From an uncultured Alphaproteobacteria bacterium (GTDB taxonomy: Bacteria; Pseudomonadota; Alphaproteobacteria; UBA2966), in the NCBI GenBank assembly GCA_958295725.1, contig OY282368.1, forward strand, positions 2,882,365-2,946,364: 64,000 nt of DNA. The letters are read 5' to 3'. Of this stretch, positions 1-12,201 are shown one piece after another. The notes beneath the pieces were generated by a model. The model was not told where the DNA came from and made no database searches. It saw only the letters and a program-made list of their open reading frames with translations. Position numbers and translations under genes: made by a program. Positions within the stretch are counted from its first letter, which is position 1; the number at the start of each line of letters is the position of its first letter.

Positions 1-853
1 TCGCGGGAAAGACCCGCCGCCCCATACTGTCTCTCAGAAAGCTTGTGCCGCGCGCCACGGCCGGGCCCGAGAGGGCGCCCGAGAAGTGCCCCAGGATGCC
101 GCTGCCGACCCGGGGATCGAAGACCACCGGGACTTGCGCGGTTTCCGCCTTCCTCGGGTCGAGCCGTTCCGCGGCGCGCGCGCCGGCGCGCCGGCCGACG
201 TCGCCCGCGTCCTCGAGGTCGTCGAGGTGCCGCGCCACGGCATAGTCGTAATCCCGTTCCATCGCGGCGCCGTCGCCCGCCACCACGGCGACGCTCACGC
301 CATGGATCGAGGTTTCGTAGCGGCCCGCGAAGCCGTGGCTGGTGGCCAGATCGACCGTGGTCACGCTCCAGCTCGCGTCCGCGCCCTCCGAATTCGTGAT
401 GCCGGGATGGGCGCGCGCGGCGTCCTCGGCCTCGGCCGCGCGATCGTACAGCTCGTCGGCATCGCATTCGCGGGCATCGAACAGGTCGAGATCGTCTACC
501 TCCGACGCGAGGAGGTCGGGATCGGCTAGCCCGCAGTACGGGTCCTCGGGCGCGGCCCTCGCCATCGCCACGGCCCGTTCGACGAGCTCCTCGAGGGCCG
601 CGGGCGAGGTATCCGTAGACGAGACGATGGCCTGCCGCCGGCCGATGAAGACGCGGAATCCCAGATCGTCGGCCTCGGACCTTTCCAGGTCTTCCCGTTT
701 TCCCAGCCGTTGCGACACGCTCAGGGAAACGCCGCCCACCCGCAAGGCGTCGGCGGCGTCGGCGCCCATCGTCAACGCCCTGCCGATCAGGCCATTCAAC
801 AGCTCGGCCGTGGATTCCTCGGATGGCGCGGACATGGTGGCGGACGCTGTCAT
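1..853 (-). CDS. pmbA: TldD/PmbA family protein (PmbA-like), 3' end runs off the window
   Basis: Manual translation: MTASATMSAPSEESTAELL...GADAADALRVGGVSLSVSQRLGKREDLERSEADDLGFRVFIGRRQAIVSS...AMARAAPEDPYCGLADP...VARGTSFLRDSMG. Start at 853 or 835. Confidence 0.85.
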   Translation of the reverse strand, partial: MTASATMSAPSEESTAELLNGLIGRALTMGADAADALRVGGVSLSVSQRLGKREDLERSEADDLGFRVFIGRRQAIVSSTDTSPAALEELVERAVAMARAAPEDPYCGLADPDLLASEVDDLDLFDARECDADELYDRAAEAEDAARAHPGITNSEGADASWSVTTVDLATSHGFAGRYETSIHGVSVAVVAGDGAAMERDYDYAVARHLDDLEDAGDVGRRAGARAAERLDPRKAETAQVPVVFDPRVGSGILGHFSGALSGPAVARGTSFLRDSMGRRVFPA

Positions 854-903
854 GCGCAGAAGGTTATACAGGTTCCGGCGATCGCCGCGCCACCCTCGGG
901 CGG

Positions 904-2412
904 TCACTTCCAGATGGGTTCGCCGGAACCGGGCAACCCCAGTTTCGGCCATTTTTCCGTCACCAGATCGATGATGTCGTCCGACATGCGGATCCTGCGG
1001 CCCCACTCCCGCCTCGTCTCCGGCGGGATCTTGGCGGTGGCGTCGATCCCCATCTTGCCGCCCAGGCCGGACTCGGGCGAGGCGAAGTCGAGATAGTCGA
1101 TGGGCGTATTCTCCACCGTCGTCACGTCGCGCGCCGGGTCGACGTTCGTCGAGATCGCCCAGATCACGTCGGTCCAGTTCCGGGCGTCGAGATCGTCGTC
1201 GATGACGATGACGAACTTGGTATACATGAACTGCCTCAGGTAGGACCAGACGGCCATCATCACCCGCCGGGCGTGTCCCGCGTAGGCCTTCTTCATCGAC
1301 ACCACCGCCACGCGGTAGGAGCAGGCCTCCGGCGGTAGCCAGAAATCCACGATTTCCGGGAACTGTTGCCGGAGCAGGGGAACGAAGAGCTCGTTCAGCG
1401 CCTCGCCCAGGATGCTCGGCTCGTCGGGCGGACGGCCCGTGAAGGTCGAGAGATAGATCGGATCCCGGCGCATGGTGATGGCCGAGACCCGGAACACGGG
1501 GAACGGCTCGACCGCGTTGTAATAGCCGGTATGGTCTCCGTAGGGACCCTCGTCGCCGTATTCGTCGAGCGAAACGTGGCCTTCGAGGACGATCTCCGCG
1601 GTCGCCGGCACCTTGAGAGGCACGGTCTTGCAGTCGACGAGCTCGACGGGCGCGTTCCGCAACAGTCCCGCGAACCGGTATTCCGACATGGTGTCGGGGA
1701 TCGGCGCCACGGCCGCGACGATGGCGCCGGGGTCGGTGCCGATCACCGCCGCCGCGGGAAGCGGTTCGGGGCGTTCGCTCTTCCAGCGCGCGTGATGCTG
1801 GGCGCCGCCCCGATGCTTGAGCCAGCGCATGTAGGTGCGGTCCCGCCCCGTCACCTGCATGCGGTATATGCCGAGGTTGAAGTCGTCCTCCTTGCGGTCG
1901 CCCGGTCCCTTCGTCACCACGAGCGGCCACGTGATCAGGGGGGCCGGCTCTCCCGGCCAGCACGTCTGCACCGGAAGGCGCGAGAGGTCGATGTCGCCGC
2001 CGGTCAGGACCATGTCCTGCGCCGGCCCCCTGGACACCGTCCTGGGCTTCATCGACAGCGCCGCCTTGAGCATGGGCGCCATCGTCAACGCCTCCCGCCA
2101 TCCGCCCGGCGGTTCGGGCTGCCGGAGAAAGGCCAGTGTCTCGCCGAGTTCCCGGAGTGCGTCGGGCGCGCGGCCGATCCCGCGCGCCACCCGGGCGATG
2201 GTTCCGAACAGGTTCACGAGGACGGGCATTTCGCAAGGCCGCCCGGCTTCGTCGACGGGATTCTCGAAGAGCGCCGCGGGGCCGCCGTCCGCGAGCAGGC
2301 GCGTCTGGATCTCGGTCATTTCGAGGACCGTCGAGACGGGCTCGGACACCCGGACGAGCTGCCCGGTACTCTCCAGCGCGTCGATGAAATCTCTGAGGGA
2401 CTCGAATGCCAT
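904..2412 (-). CDS. ubiD: UbiD family (4-hydroxy-3-polyprenylbenzoate) decarboxylase
   Basis: MAFESLRDF start; NLGIYRMQ, EGPYGDHTGYY, GRPPDEP, WLPPEACSYR, DYLDFASPESGLGGKMGIDAT motifs. Confidence 0.95.
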   Translation of the reverse strand: MAFESLRDFIDALESTGQLVRVSEPVSTVLEMTEIQTRLLADGGPAALFENPVDEAGRPCEMPVLVNLFGTIARVARGIGRAPDALRELGETLAFLRQPEPPGGWREALTMAPMLKAALSMKPRTVSRGPAQDMVLTGGDIDLSRLPVQTCWPGEPAPLITWPLVVTKGPGDRKEDDFNLGIYRMQVTGRDRTYMRWLKHRGGAQHHARWKSERPEPLPAAAVIGTDPGAIVAAVAPIPDTMSEYRFAGLLRNAPVELVDCKTVPLKVPATAEIVLEGHVSLDEYGDEGPYGDHTGYYNAVEPFPVFRVSAITMRRDPIYLSTFTGRPPDEPSILGEALNELFVPLLRQQFPEIVDFWLPPEACSYRVAVVSMKKAYAGHARRVMMAVWSYLRQFMYTKFVIVIDDDLDARNWTDVIWAISTNVDPARDVTTVENTPIDYLDFASPESGLGGKMGIDATAKIPPETRREWGRRIRMSDDIIDLVTEKWPKLGLPGSGEPIWK

Positions 2413-2560
2413 CTCGAACTCGCGGCGGCGGGCGGGCGCGGAAGTATATCGGCGGCGCGATTCCAGAGCGACAGGCGACACTGGCGATGCCAGCGGGAGA
2501 GACCGGATTCGACGCCCCCGCTACTGCAATTCGCCCGGCGCTCGGGCATATTAGGGGGAC

Positions 2561-4756
<2,196 letters not shown>

Positions 4757-4814
4757 GCGCCATCCCCCCCACCCGTCCGGCCGTGTCGAGGCGAGACCTC
4801 GGACGGAAGCGCGG

Positions 4815-5804
4815 TTGTTGATCTACCTCCAGTTGGCCGGCGGTCTCGTCGTCCTGCTTCTGGGCGGGGACATTCTCGTCCGGGGCGCCGTGGCGCTGGC
4901 GCGGAAACTCGGCGTGTCGCCGCTCGTCGTCGGCTTGACGGTCGTCGCCTTCGGAACCTCGGCGCCGGAACTGATGGTCAGCGTCGACGCGGCGTGGAAC
5001 GGCGTGCCCGGCCTCGCGATCGGCAACGTCGTCGGCAGCAACGTGGCCAACGCGCTCCTCGTCCTCGGAGCGCCCGCGGTCGTGTTCCCCATCGTCTGCC
5101 AGGCTCCGTCCCTGAACCGGGACATCGTCGTGATGATCGGCGCGAGCCTGCTCTTCGTCGCATTCTGCTGGAGCGGGACCTTGGTGGCCTGGCACGGCGC
5201 GATCCTGGTGGCCCTCCTCCTCGCCTTCCTCGTCCATTCGTACGTATCGGAACGCGACGAAAGCGACGGCCACGAGGAATACGGCGAGGAGTTCGACGGT
5301 ATCGGCGCGTTTCCCCGGTCGGCGCCCGTGTTCCTGGGATTGATCGCGGCCGGATTGACGGGACTGTTGTTTGGATCCCACCTCCTGATCGACGGCGCAG
5401 TGGGGGTCGCGCGGGCGTGGGGCGTGACGGAAACCGTCATCGGCCTCACCCTCGTCGCGCTGGGAACGTCCCTGCCCGAACTCGCGACGACCGTCGCCGC
5501 CGCCATCCGCAGACAGGGCGGGATCGCGGTCGGCAACGTGGTCGGCAGTAACATGTTCAATATCCTGGGCGTCATGGGCATCACGTCGCTCATCGTTCCG
5601 GTGCCGATACCCGAACGGACGCTGCACTTCGATCTCTGGGTGATGCTCGGCGCGGCACTGGTTCCGCTGCCGTTCGCGCTGCGTCGGCGACCGATCCGCC
5701 GCGCCGCGGGCGTCGTGTTCTCGGCCGCCTATCTCGGATTCGTCTTCATCCAGTACTTCGGCGTGCCCCGTTTCCCCCTCGTGACCGCCTACGCGAACCC
5801 ATGA
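4815..5804 (+). CDS. Calcium/sodium antiporter (YrbG/CaCA family)
   Basis: Two alpha repeats: GTSAPEL...GNVVGSNVAN and GTSLPEL...GNVVGSNMFN; hydrophobic. TTG start is uncertain (4815/4818). Confidence 0.9.
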   Translation: MLIYLQLAGGLVVLLLGGDILVRGAVALARKLGVSPLVVGLTVVAFGTSAPELMVSVDAAWNGVPGLAIGNVVGSNVANALLVLGAPAVVFPIVCQAPSLNRDIVVMIGASLLFVAFCWSGTLVAWHGAILVALLLAFLVHSYVSERDESDGHEEYGEEFDGIGAFPRSAPVFLGLIAAGLTGLLFGSHLLIDGAVGVARAWGVTETVIGLTLVALGTSLPELATTVAAAIRRQGGIAVGNVVGSNMFNILGVMGITSLIVPVPIPERTLHFDLWVMLGAALVPLPFALRRRPIRRAAGVVFSAAYLGFVFIQYFGVPRFPLVTAYANP

Positions 5805-6616
5805 GCGGCGCGGGGTTTCCATCGGCCCCGCGGTCGGTCGCGTCGGGGGCAGCGCTGGTCACCGGCGGCGCGCGACGGATCGGGCGGACGATCTGCCGGA
5901 CGTTGGCGGAAGACGGATGGGCGGTCGCCGTCCATCACCTACGGTCGGCGAGAGAGGCCGAGGAGGTCGTCGCCGACATCGCAGCGGGCGGCGGACACGC
6001 CGTCGCGATCGCCGCCGACCTCGCGGACACGACCGCCGCCACCGGCCTGATCCCGCGCGTCGCCGCGGAACTGGGACCGTTGACCTGCCTCGTCAACAAC
6101 GCGTCGGTATTCGAGCCCGACGATATCCTCTCGGCGACCGACGAGTCCTGGCGCCGCCATATCGACGTCAATCTGCGCGCGCCGTTCTTCCTGACGCAGG
6201 CCTTCGCCAAACAGACGGCCTTCGCCAAGGGGACGGCGACGGGCGCATCCGGTTGCATCGTCAACATCATCGACGAACGCGTGTGGAACCCGACTCCCCA
6301 CTTCGCGTCCTATACGGTGAGCAAGAGCGGCTTATGGACTTTGACCCGAACGTGCGCGCTGGCGCTCGCGCCCCGGATCCGGGTGAACGGCATCGGGCCG
6401 GGACCGACCCTGCCCAGCCCCCGGCAGAGTCTCGAACACTTCGAGGCGCAGGGCGCATCGACGCCGCTCGGGCGAGGCGCAACGCCGGACGAGATCGCGT
6501 CCGCTGTCCGGTTCATCCTCTCGTCGCCCGCGATGACCGGACAGATGATCGCGCTCGACGGCGGCCGGCACCTCAAATGGCGCCGGCGCCCGGGCGATAC
6601 GGATCTCGCGGAATGA
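5801..6616 (+). CDS. SDR oxidoreductase, pteridine reductase/FolM-like
   Basis: TGGARRIG, NNASVF, YTVSK; adjacent to folB. Confidence 0.85.
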   Translation: MSGAGFPSAPRSVASGAALVTGGARRIGRTICRTLAEDGWAVAVHHLRSAREAEEVVADIAAGGGHAVAIAADLADTTAATGLIPRVAAELGPLTCLVNNASVFEPDDILSATDESWRRHIDVNLRAPFFLTQAFAKQTAFAKGTATGASGCIVNIIDERVWNPTPHFASYTVSKSGLWTLTRTCALALAPRIRVNGIGPGPTLPSPRQSLEHFEAQGASTPLGRGATPDEIASAVRFILSSPAMTGQMIALDGGRHLKWRRRPGDTDLAE

Positions 6617-6683
6617 CGATGCCGTCGCCGACCGTGGCGCGAGGAAACGGGCGGGCGCTGACGCGCCGCCGGACGGGGCGCAC

Positions 6684-7070
6684 GTGAACCGGGAACGGGG
6701 ACGCCGCGAAACCCGGCGGATCGTCGTCCGCAACCTGGTGCTGCCGGCCCGCGTCGGCGTGTACCGGCACGAGAAGTCGGGGCCGCAACGGGTTCGCATC
6801 AATCTCGAACTGACTACCGAGGACCCTCGCCAGTCCCCGAGCGACGAGATCGGCGACGTCGTCAATTACGAGACGGTGGTATCGGGCGTAAAGGAAGTAT
6901 TGGCGGAAGGTCACACGAACCTGGTCGAAACATTGGCCGAAAAGATCGCAGAAGTATGCCTGTCCGATCTCCGCGTCATGGGAGTTCGCGTGGGTATAGA
7001 GAAACTTCACGCCATCTCCGAAGCGGAAGGCGTCGGTGTCGAGATCGAGCGATTCCAGTCTAACCATTGA
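6684..7070 (+). CDS. folB: Dihydroneopterin aldolase
   Basis: GVYRHEK..PQRVRINL, VVNYE, LVETLAEKIA, IEKLHAI..AEGVGVEIER. Confidence 0.9.
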   Translation: MNRERGRRETRRIVVRNLVLPARVGVYRHEKSGPQRVRINLELTTEDPRQSPSDEIGDVVNYETVVSGVKEVLAEGHTNLVETLAEKIAEVCLSDLRVMGVRVGIEKLHAISEAEGVGVEIERFQSNH

Positions 7071-7079
7071 CAGTTCAAC

Positions 7080-7345
7080 GAATTTTCCGGGGTTGCCCGT
7101 CGCTGCTCGCCGGGAAATTGTGCACAGGCGAGTATTTGCCGGACGCCAGCCCGTCGCGTATTACCCGAAGTTTCCGACCCTGGTTCCTGGAAAGCATTTG
7201 ACATTAAAATATTGTTTATTATCAATGAGATGTAATATATGCCTAAAAATTAGGCAATCGACCCGAATGCTAAGGAACGCCACGCTTTTATCGCTTGGCG
7301 CCGCGATTGTCCACAAACTTACCCACACGTATCGTGGATAGTACG
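7080..7345. other. Candidate chromosomal replication origin (oriC): AT-rich element plus DnaA-box cluster
   Basis: TTGTCCACA (7307-7315), TTACCCACA (7319-7327), inverted CGTGGATAG (7333-7341), TTGTGCACA (7118-7126); AT-rich tract ~7195-7257; IHF-like and CtrA-like sites at 7204-7218. Confidence 0.6.
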
Positions 7346-7433
7346 ACACCCGCGAGGAGTCGCCGCCGCCGACATCCGCCCAAACTCCGGGAGTCGCATG
7401 GCTTCGCCGGTGGTATGCTTTCCGGGAAGGACC

Positions 7434-9368
7434 ATGACGGCCATCCAACCTGAAGCCCGGCGGACGCGGCGCCGCGCCGTCTCCGGCTCCGGGAGCGCGG
7501 GTGCCGAGCCCGCCGTCCCGTCGGTCACGCGCGGCCGCGACGTGATCCGCACCCACCTGAAGACGCTGCCCAACAGTCCCGGCGTCTATCGGATGATCGA
7601 TACGAAGGGGCGGGTTCTGTACGTCGGCAAGGCGAAGAACCTGAAGAAACGGGTCGCCTCCTACACAAACTCGACGGGTCTGGCGACCCGCATACTGGGC
7701 ATGGTCGCGGCGACCGCGGACATGGAGTTCATCACCACCCATACCGAGGTCGAGGCCCTGCTTCTCGAGTCGAACCTCATCAAGGAGCTCCGACCCCGCT
7801 ACAACATACTGCTGAGGGACGACAAGTCCTTTCCCTACATCCTGATCACGGGAGACCACGACTGGGCCCAGATCACGAAACACCGCGGCGCGCGGAACAA
7901 GCCGGGGGAGTATTTCGGACCCTTCGCGTCGGCGGGCGCCGTCAACGAGACGATCAACGCGCTCCAGCGGGCCTTCCCGCTCCGTTCCTGTTCCGACAGC
8001 GTGTTCGCGAGCCGCACGCGACCCTGCCTCCAGTATCAGATCCGCCGCTGCACGGCGCCCTGCGTCGGCCGCGTCGGTCGGGAGGACTACGGCCGGATCG
8101 TGCGCGAGGCGCGGGATTTCCTCTCGGGCCGAAGCCGGCGAACCCAGGAAGAGCTCTCCGAACGGATGCAGGACGCCAGCGCGAATCTGGAATTCGAGAC
8201 CGCGGCGGTCTATCGGGACCGCATTCGGGCTCTCACTCAGATCCAGGCACGCCAGGGGATCAACATTCCGACGCTGGGGGAGGCGGACGTCATCGGGGCT
8301 TGTCGAGACGCGGACCAGACCTGCATTCAGGTGTTCTTCTTCCGCTCCGGACGGAACTACGGCAACCGGGCCTACTTCCCGGCGCACGCCAGAAGCGATG
8401 CGATCGAGGAAGTCCTGTCCGCCTTCATCGGCCAGTTCTACGCCGACAAACCGCCACCGCGACTGGTTCTGACCAGTCACGACATAGAAGGCAGGGACCT
8501 CGTCGAGCGGGCGCTTGGCGTCCGCGCGGACAGGCGGGTGGGCGTTCGCACGCCGCGCCGAGGCGCCAAGCGGCAGCTCGTCGAGCACGCCGTCGCCAAC
8601 GCTCGGGACGCGCTCGCCCGCCGCCTCGCGGAGAGCGCCTCGCAGCGGCGGCTGCTGGAGGGCGTGGCCCGAACGTTCGGACTCGAAGCACCCCCCGAAC
8701 GTATCGAGGTCTACGACAACAGTCATATCCGCGGCAGCGAGGCGCTGGGAGCCATGATCGCCGCGGGAGCCGAGGGACTCGTCAAGAACCGGTACCGGAA
8801 GTTCAACATCAAGCGGGCCGATCTCACCCCCGGCGACGACTACGGCATGATGACCGAAGTCCTGACCCGCCGTTTCTCGCGCCTGCTCAGGGAAGACGGA
8901 GACCGCGAGGGGCGGCAATGGCCCGACCTGGTCCTGATCGACGGCGGCGCCGGCCACCTGAGAACCGCCCAGCGGGTGTTCGACGACCTCGGCGTCGCGG
9001 ACGTGGCGCTCGCCGCCATCGCCAAGGGTCTGGAACGTAATGCCGGACGCGAAACGTTCCATGTCCGGGGAAAGCCGGCGTTCTCGCTGGAACCGAACGA
9101 TCCTGTCCTGTACTTCCTCCAGCGTCTGCGCGACGAGGCTCATCGATACGCCATCGGCGGCCATCGCGCCAAGCGCTCGCGCGGACTGGGCCGTTCAGTG
9201 CTGGACGAGATTCCCGGCATCGGGGCGAAACGGAAGCGCGCTTTGCTGCATCATTTCGGCTCGGCGCGGTCGGTGGAGCGCGCCGGCCTCACCGATCTCG
9301 AGGCGGTCGAGGGAATCTCGCGGCAGGTGGCGAAATCGATCTATGATTATTTTCATTCCGACGACTGA
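7434..9368 (+). CDS. uvrC: Excinuclease ABC subunit C
   Basis: GIY-YIG (PGVYRM...LYVGKAKNLKKRV), Cys-rich RPCLQYQIRRCTAPC, IEVYDNSH, PDLVLIDGG, C-terminal HhH. Confidence 0.98.
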   Translation: MTAIQPEARRTRRRAVSGSGSAGAEPAVPSVTRGRDVIRTHLKTLPNSPGVYRMIDTKGRVLYVGKAKNLKKRVASYTNSTGLATRILGMVAATADMEFITTHTEVEALLLESNLIKELRPRYNILLRDDKSFPYILITGDHDWAQITKHRGARNKPGEYFGPFASAGAVNETINALQRAFPLRSCSDSVFASRTRPCLQYQIRRCTAPCVGRVGREDYGRIVREARDFLSGRSRRTQEELSERMQDASANLEFETAAVYRDRIRALTQIQARQGINIPTLGEADVIGACRDADQTCIQVFFFRSGRNYGNRAYFPAHARSDAIEEVLSAFIGQFYADKPPPRLVLTSHDIEGRDLVERALGVRADRRVGVRTPRRGAKRQLVEHAVANARDALARRLAESASQRRLLEGVARTFGLEAPPERIEVYDNSHIRGSEALGAMIAAGAEGLVKNRYRKFNIKRADLTPGDDYGMMTEVLTRRFSRLLREDGDREGRQWPDLVLIDGGAGHLRTAQRVFDDLGVADVALAAIAKGLERNAGRETFHVRGKPAFSLEPNDPVLYFLQRLRDEAHRYAIGGHRAKRSRGLGRSVLDEIPGIGAKRKRALLHHFGSARSVERAGLTDLEAVEGISRQVAKSIYDYFHSDD

Positions 9369-9437
9369 AGAACCCCCGGCGTGGAAGGTCGGGATACCGG
9401 TCGCGGCGTGCGACCGTCGAAAGCCGCCCGTCCACCG

Positions 9438-10070
9438 ATGATCACCAGCCTGCCCAACCTCCTGACCATCTCGCGGATCCTGGCCATCCCGGCGCTGGTG
9501 GCGACGTTCTATTTCCCGGGGATCCTGGCGGACTGGATCTCGCTGGGATTGTTCTGTGCCGCCGGCGTCACCGATTTCCTCGACGGGTACGTGGCGCGCC
9601 TGCGCGGGCAGATGTCCGCGTTGGGCCGGTTCCTGGACCCCGTGGCCGATAAGCTCCTGATCGTCGCCGCCATCGTGATGTTGATCGCCGTCGACCGGAT
9701 CGACGGATGGACCGTCCTCGCCGCGGTGATCATCGTCTGTCGCGAGATCCTCGTGTCCGGTCTGCGCGAATTCTTGGCGGACGTGCAGGTTCCGGTTCCC
9801 GTAAGCCGTCTGGCCAAATGGAAGACCACGCTCCAGATCGTCGCGATCGCCTTCCTGTTGTCGGGCGACGCCGGGGACCTGCTGTTGCCGGCCAAGGAGA
9901 CCGGAACCGTTTGCCTCTGGGTCGCTGCCGCGCTTACGCTCTACACGGGCTACGATTACCTGAGAGCCGGATTGGCGCACATCGCGACGGATGGCGAAGG
10001 GAAAGCGGCCACGAAGCCGGACGAAGAGCGCGACGGCGCCGGGAGCGCCGGAACCCGCGCTCGCGGTTGA
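9438..10070 (+). CDS. pgsA: CDP-diacylglycerol--glycerol-3-phosphate 3-phosphatidyltransferase
   Basis: LPNLLTISRI; TDFLDGYVAR...GRFLDPVADKLL CDP-alcohol phosphotransferase motif; follows uvrC. Confidence 0.95.
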   Translation: MITSLPNLLTISRILAIPALVATFYFPGILADWISLGLFCAAGVTDFLDGYVARLRGQMSALGRFLDPVADKLLIVAAIVMLIAVDRIDGWTVLAAVIIVCREILVSGLREFLADVQVPVPVSRLAKWKTTLQIVAIAFLLSGDAGDLLLPAKETGTVCLWVAAALTLYTGYDYLRAGLAHIATDGEGKAATKPDEERDGAGSAGTRARG

Positions 10071-10152
10071 CCGGGCCGCGTCGGCCGGTGCTCCGCGGAC
10101 GATCCCATTACTGCGGTGAAGCGGGGGAACATGCGATGAAGCCGTTTGGGCG

Positions 10153-10683
10153 ATGAAGCTGTTCGGGATCGCCGGATGGAGCGGCAGTGGCAAGACGACG
10201 CTCGTCACGAGCCTGCTGCCCCGGCTCGCGGAAAGGGGCCTCCGCGTGTCGACCGTCAAGCACGCGCATCATGGATTCGATGTCGACCAGCCGGGGAAGG
10301 ACTCCTACGAGCATCGAAAGGCGGGCGCCTCCGAAGTGCTGGTGTCCTCGAGCAGGCGATGGGTGCTCATGCACGAGAATCGCGGCGGTCCGGAACCGTC
10401 GCTGACCGATCTTGTCTCCCGGCTGTCGCCCGTGGACCTCGTTCTGGTCGAGGGGTTCAAGCGAGAGGCGATCGACAAGCTGGAGGTCTATCGCCGGGAC
10501 CTTGGGAAACCCATGCTCCAACCCGAGGACTCGCGCGTCGTGGCCGTGGCTAGCGACGCGCCGCTCGCGGACATGCCCGTTCCGATACTGAGCCTCGACG
10601 CGGTCGAGGACATCACGACATTCATCGTCGCCCAATGCGGTTTCGCCGCCGACACCCGACGCGTGGCGGTCCAAGGGCGATAG
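10153..10683 (+). CDS. mobB: Molybdopterin-guanine dinucleotide biosynthesis protein B
   Basis: GWSGSGKTT, KHAHHGFDVDQPGKDSY, DLVLVEGFK. Confidence 0.95.
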   Translation: MKLFGIAGWSGSGKTTLVTSLLPRLAERGLRVSTVKHAHHGFDVDQPGKDSYEHRKAGASEVLVSSSRRWVLMHENRGGPEPSLTDLVSRLSPVDLVLVEGFKREAIDKLEVYRRDLGKPMLQPEDSRVVAVASDAPLADMPVPILSLDAVEDITTFIVAQCGFAADTRRVAVQGR

Positions 10684-10685
10684 CC

Positions 10686-11936
10686 ATGCAGCTCTCCGAC
10701 GATTGCTTCGCGGCCGGTGACCGTCCGATGACGACGGCGGAAGCGCTCGCCCTTCTGGCGGAGCGCATCGCGCCGGTCGGCGCCACCGAACGCCTTCCCC
10801 TGCGCGCCGCCGTCGGGCGGATCCTCGCCGAGGACATCGTGTCGGAGCGCGACGTCCCTCCTGCAGGGAACTCGGCGGTCGATGGTTACGCGTTCGCGTT
10901 CGACGACCTGACGCCCGGCCGGGAGACGCGTCTCCGACTTTCCGGTCGCGCCGCAGCGGGGCATCCGGCCCCGCGCGGATCCGGCGAGGGGGCGGTACGG
11001 ATATTCACGGGCGCCCTGATGCCGGAGGGGTGCGATACCGTCGCCATGCAGGAAGACTGCGCCGCCGACGCCGACGAGGTCGTCATCCCCCGCGGGTTGT
11101 CGCGGGGCGCCAACAGCCGCCGCGCCGGCGAGGACGTCCGGAGGGGAGACGCCATCCTCGTCAAGGGCCATTTGCTGCGACCCCAGGATATCGGTATCGC
11201 CGCCTCCGTCGGCCACAGCGAGATTTCCGTGTACCGGCCGGTCCGCGTGGCCGTTTTCTCCACGGGCGACGAGGTCCGCGAGCCGGGCGCAGCCCTGGTC
11301 CACGGAGCCATCTACGACTCGAACCGTTATGTCCTGATGTCGTTGCTCGATGGCTTTCCCGTCGACGTCTCCGACCTGGGGATACTGGCCGACGACCGAA
11401 AGGCGGTGGCGGCGGCGCTGCGGGATGCCGCGCGCGCGCACGACCTGCTGATCACCTCGGGCGGCGTATCGGTGGGAGAGGAGGACCACGTCAGGAACGT
11501 GGTCCAGGAGAACGGCGCCCTCCACTTCTGGCGCTTGGCCATAAAGCCGGGCCGGCCGCTGGCGTTGGGACAGGTGGCCGGTGCGCCGTTTGTCGGGCTG
11601 CCCGGCAATCCGGTGGCCGCGATGGTGACCTTCGTTCGCTTCGCGCGACCGCTGCTGCTGCGTCTGGCGGGGGGCACGCGTGTCGATCCGCGACTCTATC
11701 GCGTCCGTGCGGGCTTCTCCCATCGCAAGAAACCCAACCGCCGGGAATGGGTGCGGGCGCGCCTCAAATTGGGCGCGGACGGGACCCTGGAAGCCGAGAA
11801 GTTCGCCCGCGAAGGGGCCGGGATCCTGCGCTCCTTGGTCGAGGCGGACGGCCTCGTCGAGCTGCCCGAGGAGATGACAGAGGTGGCGCCGGGCGCTATG
11901 GTGGAGTTTCTTCCCTTCTCCGAGGTGACGTCTTGA
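10686..11936 (+). CDS. moeA: Molybdopterin molybdotransferase
   Basis: NSAVDGYA, RIFTGA, FSTGDE, SGGVSVGEED, IKPGRP, GLPGNPVA. Confidence 0.95.
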   Translation: MQLSDDCFAAGDRPMTTAEALALLAERIAPVGATERLPLRAAVGRILAEDIVSERDVPPAGNSAVDGYAFAFDDLTPGRETRLRLSGRAAAGHPAPRGSGEGAVRIFTGALMPEGCDTVAMQEDCAADADEVVIPRGLSRGANSRRAGEDVRRGDAILVKGHLLRPQDIGIAASVGHSEISVYRPVRVAVFSTGDEVREPGAALVHGAIYDSNRYVLMSLLDGFPVDVSDLGILADDRKAVAAALRDAARAHDLLITSGGVSVGEEDHVRNVVQENGALHFWRLAIKPGRPLALGQVAGAPFVGLPGNPVAAMVTFVRFARPLLLRLAGGTRVDPRLYRVRAGFSHRKKPNRREWVRARLKLGADGTLEAEKFAREGAGILRSLVEADGLVELPEEMTEVAPGAMVEFLPFSEVTS

Positions 11937-12184
11937 AGATTCTCTATTTCGCCTGGATCCGCTCGAGAATCGGTCTCTCCGAGGAGACTGTCGATCTTCC
12001 CGACGGCGTTTCCAAGGCCGGCGAGCTGCTCGACTGGTTGCGGGGACGCGGTCCGGAGTACGCGGACGCGTTGCGGGACGCCTCCGTGGTGCGCATCGCC
12101 GTGAACGAGGAGTACGCGTCGCTCGACGCGCCGGTGGCGGCGGGCGACGAAGTAGCCCTGTTTCCGCCGGTAACCGGCGGGTGA
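11933..12184 (+). CDS. moaD: Molybdopterin synthase sulfur carrier subunit
   Basis: TTG start, KILYFAWIRSRIG...GDEVALFPPVTGG with the C-terminal GG. Confidence 0.93.
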   Translation: MKILYFAWIRSRIGLSEETVDLPDGVSKAGELLDWLRGRGPEYADALRDASVVRIAVNEEYASLDAPVAAGDEVALFPPVTGG

Positions 12185-12201
12185 CGTCGGGGTCGGACAG
12201 G

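Noticed and set aside
2413..2560. Alphaproteobacterial LexA box (GTTC-N7-GTTC) upstream of uvrB
   Set aside because: No match found by eye.
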